The translations under genes were made by a program, and so were the position numbers. From contig JBDRNO010000171.1 in assembly GCA_043811005.1 (NCBI GenBank), positions 227 through 64,226 of the forward strand: a stretch of DNA of 64,000 nt, given 5' to 3'. The notes beneath the pieces were generated by a model that had not been told where the DNA came from, did not search any database, and saw nothing but the letters and a program-made list of their open reading frames with translations. Origin of the DNA: Bacteroidota bacterium. Lineage in GTDB: Bacteria > Bacteroidota > Bacteroidia > NORP154. Shown here in pieces: positions 20,901 to 32,900 of the stretch. Position 1 is the first letter of the stretch. Every line of letters starts with the position of its first letter.

Positions 20901-23900
20901 CCGGTACCAACATCCAATGGTATGATGATCCGTTACTTGATTATGTGATCTATACAGGCAGTCCGTTTGCGACAGGTGAAACGGCTGCAGGCATATATAC
21001 ATGGTATGTTACAGATAGCATTTTAGGATGCCCCGAAGGACCGGCTGATACTGTTACATTAACAATAAATGCCATACCCTCAGTTCCCGTTTCTTCCGAT
21101 ACATTAATTTGTTTTGGTAATCCTACACCTGATCTCTCAGCTACCGGAAGTAATATCCAATGGTATAGTGATCCGGGTTTAACTGTATTGGAATTCAGCG
21201 GTAATCCTTTTGCAACAGGCGAAACAGTTGCAGGAAGCTATACATATTATGCAACACAAACAGTCAGTAACTGTGAGAGTCCTTCTGTAACAGTTACATT
21301 AACAATAAATGATATTCCGGCAACGCCTGCAGTATCAGATACTGCTATATGTTTTGGCGATCCCACACCTGACCTGGTAGCATCAGGTACCAATATCCAA
21401 TGGTATGACGATGGAGGTTTGACTAATTTAGTGTTCACAGGCAGTCCGTTTGCAACAGGCAATACAGCAGCAGGAACATATACTTATTATGTCACGGATA
21501 GTGTAAATGGATGCCCGGCAAGCCCTGCGGATACAGTTACTTTGATAATCAATGCTATCCCGGCAGCTCCGTTAGCTTCCGATACTGCCTCATGTGTTGG
21601 CGATACAGTACCCGACCTGATAGCAGTAGGAGCCAACATACAATGGTACGATGATACACTATTAACTATCCCTGTATTTATTGGGGACACTTTTACAACA
21701 GGAGATACATTACCTGGAACATATATCTATTATGCTACCCAAACCGTAAACAATTGTGAAAGTCCTGCAGATACTGTTACGCTGACAATATATTCAACAC
21801 CTGCACCAACCTCTTCAGACACAACGATATGTTTTGGCGATCCAACACCTGATCTCTCAGCAACAGGAAGTAATATACAATGGTATAGTGATCCTGCGCT
21901 TACTACATGGGAATTCAGCGGCAATCCTTTCACATCAGGAGATGTTGCCGTTGGTATATATACTTATTATGCCACTCAAACGCTGAACAGTTGTGAGGGC
22001 CCTGCAGTATCAGTTATATTAACGATAAATGCAGGGCCGGGTATTCCAGTGGCATCTGACACGGCAATATGTTTCGGTGATACAATACCTGACTTAACGT
22101 CAACTGGTACCAACATCCAATGGTATGATGATCCATTGCTTGACTCAGTGATCTCTACCGGCAGTCCGTTTGTAACAGGTGAAACTGCCGTTGGAATATA
22201 CACATATTATGTTACCGATAGCGTAACCGGATGTGCCGAAGGTACTCCTGATACTGCTGTTTTAACCATAAATGCCATACCCACAGCACCGGTATCTTCA
22301 GACACAATAATATGTTTCGGAGATCCTACGCCTGATCTCTCGGCAACAGGAAGTAATATCCAATGGTATAGTGATTCTGCACTCACTACATTAGAATTCA
22401 GCGGTAATCCATTCTCCTCTGGAGATGTAGCAGTTGGTGTATATATTTATTATTCAACCCAGACCGTAAGCGGCTGTGAAAGTCCGGGAACTGCTGTAAC
22501 CTTAACTATCAATGCACCACCGGCTGTACCTGCTGGCTCAGATACTGCAATATGTTTTGGTGACCCGACACCTGACCTGACTGCAAGCGGTTTATATATC
22601 CAGTGGTATAGCGATACGGGTCTGACAACATTAGAATTTGCCGGAGACACTTTTGTTACTGGAGAGACAGCAGCAGGAACATATAACTATTATGTTACTG
22701 ACAGTGTTATAGGATGTGCTCAAAGTATACCCGATACAGCTACATTGATAATAAATGCAATACCTTCAGCGCCAATAGCTTCGGATACAGCTTCGTGTGT
22801 TGGAGACACAACACCAGATCTGATCGCAGTTGGAGCCAACATACAATGGTACGATGATACACTATTAACCATTCCTGTATTTATTGGGGACACTTTTACA
22901 ACAGGAGATACATTACCTGGAATATATACCTATTATGCTACACAGACCGTAAACAATTGTGAAAGTCCAGCAGATACTGTTACGCTGACAATATATTCAA
23001 CCCCTGCACCCACATCTTCCGACACAACGATATGTTTTGGCGATCCCACACCTGATCTATCGGTAACAGGAAGTAATATCCAATGGTATAGTGACCCTGC
23101 ACTTACCACATTGGAATTCAGCGGCAATCCTTTCTCATCAGGAGATACTACCGTTGGTATATATACTTACTATGCCACTCAAACACTCAACAATTGTGAA
23201 GGGCCTGCAGTAGCAGTTACATTGACGATAAATGCAGGGCCCGGAGTACCGGTTGCATCCGACACTGCAATATGCTTTGGCGATCCCACACCTGACCTGA
23301 CCTCAACCGGGACCAACATCCAATGGTATGATGATCCTCTGCTTGACTCAGTGATCGCTACCGTCAGCCCGTTTGCAACAGGAGAAACAGCAGTTGGAAC
23401 CTATGTGTATTATGTTACTGATAGCGTAACCGGATGTTCCGAAGGTACTCCTGATACTGCTGTTTTAACAATAAATGCTATACCCACAGCACCGGTGTCT
23501 TCAGACACAATAATATGTTTCGGAGATCCTACACCTGATCTCTCGGCTACCGGAAGTAACATACAATGGTATAGTGATTCTGCACTCACTACATTAGAAT
23601 TCAGCGGCAATCCATTCTCCTCAGGAGATGTAGCAGTTGGTGTATATATTTATTATGCAACCCAGACCGTAAACAATTGTGAAAGTCCGGGAACTACTGT
23701 AACCTTAACTATCAATGCGCCACCGGCTGTACCTGCTGGCTCAGATACTGCAATATGTTTTGGTGACCAGACACCTGACCTGACTGCAAGCGGTTTATAT
23801 AACCAGTGGTATAGCGATGCGGGTCTGACAATATTAGAATTTGCCGGAGACACTTTTGTTACTGGAGAGACAGCAGCAGCAACATATACTTATTATGTTA

Positions 23901-26900
23901 CGGATAGTGTTACAGGATGTGCTCAAAGCATACCCGATACAGCTACATTGATAATAAATGCAATACCTTTAGCGCCAATAGCTTCCGATACCGCTTCGTG
24001 TGTTGGAGATACAGTACCCGATCTGATCGCAGTTGGAGCCAACATCCAATGGTACGATGATACACTATTAACCATCCCTGTATTTATTGGAGACACTTTT
24101 ACAACAGGAGATACAACAGCAGGAATATTTATATATTATGTAACTCAAACCGTAAACAATTGTGAAAGTCCTGCAGATACAGTTACGCTGACAATATATT
24201 CAACACCAGCGCCAACCTCTTCCGACACAACGATATGTTTTGTTGATCCAACACCTGATCTGTCAGCAACCGGTTCCGGTATCCAATGGTATAGTGATTC
24301 TGCACTTACCACATTGGAATTCAGCGGCAATCCATTCTCATCAGGAGATACTATCGTTGGTATATTTACTTATTATGCTACTCAAACTCTAAACAATTGT
24401 GAAGGGCCCGCAGTAATAGTTACATTAACGATAAATGCAGGACCGGGTATCCCAGTGGCATCTGACACGGCAATATGTTTCGGTGATACCGTACCTGACC
24501 TGACCTCAACAGGTACTAATATACAATGGTATGATGATCCGCTGCTTGACTCAGTGATCTTTACCGGCAATCCGTTTGCAACAGGAGAAACAGCCGTTGG
24601 AATATACACATATTATGTTACCGATAGCGTAACCGGATGTGCCGAAGGTACTCCTGATACTGCTGTTTTAACCATAAATACTATACCCACAGCACCGGCA
24701 TCTTCTGACACAATAATATGTTTCGGAGATCCTACGCCTGATCTCTCGGCAACAGGAAGTAATATCCAATGGTATAGTGATTCTGCACTCACTACATTAG
24801 AATTCAGCGGTAATCCATTCTCATCAGGAGATGTAGCAGTTGGTGTATATATTTATTATGCAACCCAGACCGTAAGCGGATGTGAGAGTTCTGGAACTGC
24901 TGTAACCTTAACTATCAATGCGCCACCGGCTGCACCGGCAGCTTCAGCAGACACGGCTATCTGTTTTGGTGATCCTACACCAGACCTGACTTCAAGCGGC
25001 ACAAATATCCAGTGGTACAGCGATACAGGTCTGACAACATTAGAGTTTGCCGGAGACACTTTTGCCACAGGAGAAACTGCAACCGGAACATACACATATT
25101 ATGTCACGGATAGTGTTTCAGGATGTTCGCAAAGTCCTGCTGTTACGGTAACTTTAATTATTAATGTCCTTCCATCAGTACCTGTTGCCCCTGACACAGC
25201 TATTTGCTTTGGTGATACAGTTCCTGACCTGGTTGCCACAGGAGATAGTATCCAGTGGTATAGTGATCCATTATTGGATACATTGGTATATTCAGGCAGC
25301 TCATTTGCCACAGGTAATACTACCGCAGGGATTTATACCTATTATGTAACTCAAACCGATACTGTTACCCTTTGTGAGAGTTATCAGGATACCGTCACTT
25401 TAACAATAAATTCAATACCATTGGCACCAATATCGTCAGACGAAATTGTTTGCTATGGTGATCCTGTTCCCAACCTGGTAGCTACCGGGACCAATGTTCA
25501 GTGGTATAGTGATTCCTTATTAGATTCATTGGTATATTCAGGCAGCTCATTTGCCACAGGTGATACGGCAGAAGGCACTTATATTTATTACGCCACCCAG
25601 ACCCAAAATAATTGTGAAAGTCCTGCTATTACGGTTACTTTATCTATTAATACAGGGCCATCAGTACCGGCAGCAACGGCTGATACCGCCATTTGTTTTG
25701 GAGATACTACACCTGACATTACCGCTTCCGGAACATACATTCAATGGTATAGTGATCCATTGTTAGATTCAGTAGTGTTTACCGGCAGTCCATTTGCAAC
25801 AGGAGTAACTGCCGTTGGAATATATACATGGTATGTTACTGATAGTGTACCGGGATGTGTGGCAAGTATAGCCGATACTGTTACTTTTACAATTAATGCA
25901 ATACCATTAGCACCGGTATCTTCAGATACAACGGTCTGTTTCGGTGAACCAACACCTGACCTGGTTGCTTCAGGAACAAATATACAATGGTATAGTGATT
26001 CATTATTGACCGCTTTGGTATTCAGCGGAGACACTTATGCAACCGGAAATATCGCAGATAGTGTTTATACATATTACGCAACCCAAACTATAAACGGCTG
26101 TGAGAGCCCGGCTACAACGGTTGTCCTGACAATACTGCCTGCTCCACCTATGCCAACTGCATCAGACACTATTGTCTGCTATGGTGATCCTGTTCCTGAT
26201 CTTACAGCCACAGGTACCAACATCCAGTGGTACAGCGACCCATTGCTTGATACCCTGGTATTCAGCGGCAGTCCATTTGCAACAGGAGACACAGCAATAG
26301 GTGTATATACTTATTATGTTGTTGATAGTACAGGGAGTTGCTTCAGCCAGGTAAATCCTGTTACATTGACAATAACCAGTTATCCGATCCTAACCTTGTC
26401 AGACACATGCCTGGATCTGGGGCCAATCATCGAATTTACTACTATCACTGATACATTGTTCTTCTTCAACCCCGGTTGTGATACTTTACAAATAACAAAT
26501 ATTACGAACTCAACACCCGAGTTCAGCGTTGACACAACTTATATATCAGTATTACCAGGTAACACCGGACAAGTAATTGTTACTTTTGCACCTACTGCTT
26601 CCGGCATTTACCTGGATACACTTAATATCACCAGCAATGACGTTGACGATACTGTATGCCTGAGTGGTTCTGCCCTGGGCGCTCCTGTTATCGCTGCTTT
26701 ACCCGATTCATTTAACGTAGCTTTTGATGGTTGTTGTGACTCTTCTGTTTCAACATTGACCATTTACAACACCGGAGTAACCGACCTGATCTGTAATATA
26801 AGTACAGATAGCATCTGGCTTGGCGTTTCCATATCAGCCGAAACGGTTGCAGCAGGGGATTCAGCCATTGTTGCCGTTACCTTTAACGGTTGTATAATGA

Positions 26901-29900
26901 ATCCGGGGACATACATAGCAAGTATTACGATCAGTTCCAATGATCCCCTTAATCCTTTCGTTATTATACCGGTTACACTTGTCAAGGATCCATTACCGGC
27001 ATCACCATCTGCCGTTCTCACAGAAGTATGTTTTGGCGACTCCGTCCCAGCTCTTATTGCTAACGGGGGAGATACTATTTTATGGTATGATGATCCGGGT
27101 TTGACGAATCTCGTTTTTGTCGGTGACACCTTTGCTACCGGAGATACTGCCATCGGTGCCTATACTTATTATATCACATCCATGGTTCACAGTTGTGAGA
27201 GTCTTCCTGACAGTGTTACTTTGGCTATTAACACCCCCCCATCTGCTCCTGTCGCTTCCGATACCACCATTTGCTTTGGAGTTGCAACACCAGATCTGAT
27301 CGCCTCAGGTACTTATATCCAATGGTACAGCGACACTGGTCTGACAACACTTGTCTATGCAGGTGGTACCTTCCCGACAGGAATGACGGCTGATAGTGTT
27401 TATACCTGGTATGTTACAGACAGCACCGGAGGTTGTTCTGAAAGCCCTGCCGATACAGCTACGTTGACAATAATACCTGCGCCGGTGCCACCTGTTGTTT
27501 CCTCAGATACAGTAATTTGTTTTGGTGATCCAACACCTTCATTTACTGCAACAGGTGACAGTATTCTCTGGTATACTGATCCTCTGTTGATTACACCTGT
27601 ATTCAGCGGAGCCACTTTCGCACCTGCAGATACAGCCCCAGGTGTGTATACGTATTACGCTACTCAAACAGATACTTCCGTTAGCAATTGCCAAAGTCCT
27701 GCGGATTCTGTTATATTAACAATTAATGAAATACCCTCTGCCCCGGCAACTGCAGGTGATACTTCTATTTGTGTTGGTAGTCCCACACCTGAACTCGTTG
27801 CTTTCGGTTCATACCTGCGATGGTATGACGATATCGGGCTTACAAACCTGGTATTTTCAGGAGACACTTTCCAACCAGCGGATACGGTTGTTGGAGTATT
27901 CGAATACTTTGTTACAGATAGCGTTGCTACTTGCGCTCAGGGACCTGCCAGTATGGTTACTTTAACCATAAATACTTTGTCAACCATACCGGTAGCGACA
28001 GATACTACTATATGTTACGGTTATCCAACACCGGCACTTATTGCGACAGGAACATATATCAAGTGGTATAGTGACAGCGGTCTGTCAAACCTTGTTTTCA
28101 GTGGAGATACTTTCCCGAGCGGAGATTCATTAGCCGGGATATATACTTATTATGTTACAGATAGTGTTGGAGGTTGTCCGGCAACATCGGCAGATACGGC
28201 AATCTTAACTATAAATACCTTGCCGTCAGCACCTGCTTTATCCGATACTACAATATGCTACGGAGATCCGACACCTGACCTGGTAGCTTCCGGAACGCTT
28301 ATTAAGTGGTACAGTGATTCACTATTAGACACGATGGTATTTTCAGGCAGCTCATTTACCACAGGCGAAACTGCTGCTGGATTATATATATATTATACCA
28401 CTCAAACTGATACTTTGACAGGTTGTGAAAGCCCTGCAACTATGATCACTTTGACCATTAATGCCATACCTGCTGCACCAACGGCTACCGATGAGACGGT
28501 ATGTGAAGGAGATTCCGTTCCTGACCTTATCGCAACAGGGGTAAATATCATCTGGTATAGTGATACCGGATTAAGCGTTGTGGAATTTAGCGGTGATACA
28601 TTTGCTACGGGACAAATCATCCCGGGAACGTTTACCTATTATGTAACTCAAACAGTGCTTGACTGTGAAAGCCCTGCTGATACCGTTACATTGGTCATTT
28701 TGCCAACTCCGTCAGTTCCAACGGCATCTGATGAAACGGCATGCGAAGGTAGTGCGATCCCTGACCTGATTGCAACGGGAACCGATATAAAATGGTATAG
28801 TGATTCATCGTTAACAATATTATCAGACACCGGTAATACATATGCCACCGGTCAGACAGTTCCGGGCACGTACACGTATTATGTAACAGACAGTCTGCCG
28901 GGATGTTCCGGGCTTTCAGCATCAGTTGCATTAACAATAATCCCGATGCCGGTAGCGCCAACAGCTTCCGACTCCGTGATTTGCTATGGCGAACCGACAC
29001 CTGACATGGTAGCAACGGGGACGCTTATCAGATGGTATGATGATATACTACTCCAGAACTTAATATACAGCGGAGATACCCTTGTTCCTGCTGATACTGC
29101 TGCCGGTATATATCTGTATTATGCTACACAAACCGATACAGTAACACTTTGCGAAGGTCCGGCAATTACTGTATCATTGACCATTAATGCCCTGCCGTCA
29201 ATACCAACAGCTTCTGATGAAGTTGCTTGTGAAGGTGCTGCTGTTCCCGACCTGGTAGCTTCAGGATCAAATATTACATGGTATAGTGATACAAGCTTAA
29301 GTGTTATAGAGTTCATTGGTGATACCTTTACTACCGGAGATAGTGTTGCAGGTACATATATTTACTATGTAACTCAAACAATTCTTTCCTGTGAGGGTCC
29401 GGCAGATACAGTTTCATTGAACATCCTGCTATCGGTACCTGCACCAACAGCATCTGATGAAATAGGTTGCGAGGGTGGTACTATCCCTGATCTTTCAGCG
29501 ACAGGTTCTAACATTCAATGGTATAATAGTCCACTGTTAGACACTGTAATATTTACCGGCAGTTTTTTTGCAACAGGCGATACGGCTCTGGGAACATATA
29601 CATGGTATGTTACTGATAGTGTTCCGGGATGCGCTGAAAGCGCTGCTGATACGGTTACTCTTACAATTAACGCGATACCATCAGCACCGGTATCTTCCGA
29701 TACAACAATCTGTTTCGGTGATCCAACACCTGACCTTGTTGCTTCAGGAACTATCATCCAATGGTACAGCGATTCATTATTGACAGCATTAGTATATAGC
29801 GGAAACACTTATGCAACCGGAAATACCCTAGATAGTATTTATACATATTACGCTACTCAAACCATAAACGGTTGTGAGAGCCCGGCTACATCGGTTATCC

Positions 29901-32900
29901 TCACAATACTGCCTGCTCCTCCAATGCCGGCAGCAACTGACGTTATTGTTTGTTGGGGTGATTCTGTTCCTGATCTTACAGCTACAGGCGCCAACATCCA
30001 GTGGTACAGCGATCCATTGCTTGATACCCTGGTATTTAGCGGCAGTCCTTTCACAACAGGAGACACCGCAATAGGTACAAATACTTATTATGTTGTTGAC
30101 AGTTCAGGAAGCTGCTTTAGCCCGGTAAATACGGTTACATTGACAATAACCAGTTACCCGATCCTAACCTTGTCAGACACATGCCTGGACCTGGGAGCAA
30201 TCATAGAATTAACATCCAGCACGGATATATTGTTCTTCTTTAACCCGGGTTGTGATACATTGCAGATAACAAATATTACTAACACAACACCCGAATACAG
30301 TGTAGATACGACCAGCATAACCGTATTACCCGGAGACACAGGGCAACTCATTGTTACTTTCTCTCCTGCTGCTTCCGGCACTTACCTGGATACACTAAAC
30401 ATCACCAGCAATGACGTTGACGCTACCGTATGCCTGAGTGGTTCAGCCCTTGGCGCTCCTGTCATCGCAGCTTTACCCGATTCGTTTAACGTAGCATTTA
30501 ACGGTTGTTGTGACTCATCTGTATCTACATTGACCATTTCCAACACAGGAGCCACCGACCTGATCTGTAATATAAGTACCGATAGCATCTGGCTTGGAGT
30601 TTCCACAACAACTGATACTGTAGCAACAGGAGATTCAAGCTTGATTGCCGTAACATTTAACGGCTGTATAATGAATCCCGGGACATATACTGCAAGTATC
30701 ACTATAGGTTCCAATGATCCACTGGATCCTTCCGTTATCATACCTGTTACACTTGTCAAGGATTCATTACCGTCATCACCATCAGCCGTCCTCACAGAAG
30801 TGTGTTTTGGCGATTCCGTCCCTGCTCTTATAGCTACCGGGGGAGATACAATTTTATGGTATGATGATCCTGGCCTGACCAACCTCGTTTTTGTCGGAGA
30901 CACCTTTGCCACCGGAGAAACTGCAATCGGTGCATATACTTATTATATCACTTCCATGGTAGACAGTTGTGAGAGTATTGCAGACAGTGTTACTTTAGGA
31001 ATTAACACCCCGGCATCCGCACCAGTCGCACCCGATACCACCGTCTGCTTTGGAGTAGCAACACCTGACCTGATAGCTTCAGGAACCTATATCCAGTGGT
31101 ACAGCGATACAGGACTGACAACACTTGTCTTTAGCGGTGATAACTTCCCTACAGGAATGACGGCTGATAGCGTTTATACCTGGTATGTCACAGACAGCAC
31201 CGGAGGCTGTTCAGCTAGTCCTGCCGATACCGCTACCTTGACAATAATACCTGCACCTGTGCCACCTGTTGCCTCTGCAGATACAATAATCTGTTTTGGT
31301 GATCCAATACCTTCATTTGCTGCAACAGGTGACAGTATCCTCTGGTATAACGATCCACTGCTGATAACACCTATATTCAGCGGAGATACATTCGCACCGG
31401 CAGATACAGCCCCGGGTGTGTATACGTATTACGTCACACAAACAGATACTTCCATCAGCAATTGCCAAAGTCCAGCGGATTCTGCTTTATTGACTATTAA
31501 TGCCATACCATCTGCACCTGTTACCTCTGGCGATACTGCTATTTGTCTCGGTAACCCTACTCCTGATCTTATCGCTTTCGGGTCATATATCCGGTGGTAT
31601 GATGATAGCGGGCTAACCAGCCTGGTATTTGTAGGAGATACTTTCCAACCCGTAGATTCAATTGTTGGTATATATACGTACTATGTTACGGACAGCGTAG
31701 CTACTTGCTCTCAGGGACCTGCCAATACAGTTACTCTGACCATTAATGTTTTATCAACAGTACCAACTCCTACTGATACTACAATATGTTATGGTGATCC
31801 TACACCAGACCTTATTGCAACCGGAACATATATTAAATGGTATAGTGACAGCGACTTGACGAACCTGGTATTCAGCGGTGATACATTCCCGAGTGGAGAT
31901 ACAGCAGCGGGGATCTATACTTATTATGTTACAGATAGTGTTGGAGGTTGTCCGGCAACTCCGGCTGATACAGCTACTTTAACTATCAACGCCTTACCGG
32001 CAGCGCCAATTGCCAATGACACGACAATTTGTTTCGGTGAAACAACACCTGACCTGGTTGCAACCGGAGTGGGTATCCGCTGGTATAATGATTCGTTATT
32101 AGACACATTGGTATTTACCGGGGATACTTTCCCGACAGGAGATACAATAACAGGTATTTATACCTATTATGCCACACAAACTGATACACTGACAAATTGT
32201 GAAAGCCCGGCAGTTACTGTTATCCTGACCATTAATCCCATACCGACAGCCCCAACATCTACAGGTGTAACGGAATGTGAAGGAAATCCAATACCTGATC
32301 TGACTGCTACAGGAACTAATATTCAATGGTATAGTGATACTGCGCTGACCGTGTTAGAGTTCAGCGGAGACACCTTTGCAACTGGACAAACAGTTGCCGG
32401 AACATATACATATTATGTAACACAAACATTACTCGGATGTGAAAGCCCTGCTGATACTGTTTCACTGGTCATTTTACCCACACCGTCAGCACCTGTAGCT
32501 TTAGACGAATCGGCATGTGAGGGAGGTACAATTCCTGATTTGACAGCAATAGGAACTAATATTAAATGGTATGGCGATCCGGGATTGACTAATCAGGTAT
32601 GTACAGGAAATACTTTTGCAACCGGTCAAACATCTCCGGGTATATACACATATTACGTGACTGATAGCTTGCCTGGTTGCCCGGGTCCGGCAACAACTGT
32701 TACGTTAACAATAAATACAATGCCGGGAGCGCCTACAGCAAATGATGTAACAATATGCTACGGAGAACCGACACCTGATCTGACAGCAACTGGAACTAAT
32801 GTACAATGGTATAAAGATCCTACATTGCTCATATTGTCATATAGCGGAAATACATTTGCAACAGGTGTAACAGCAGTAGGAATATATACCTGGTATGTCA

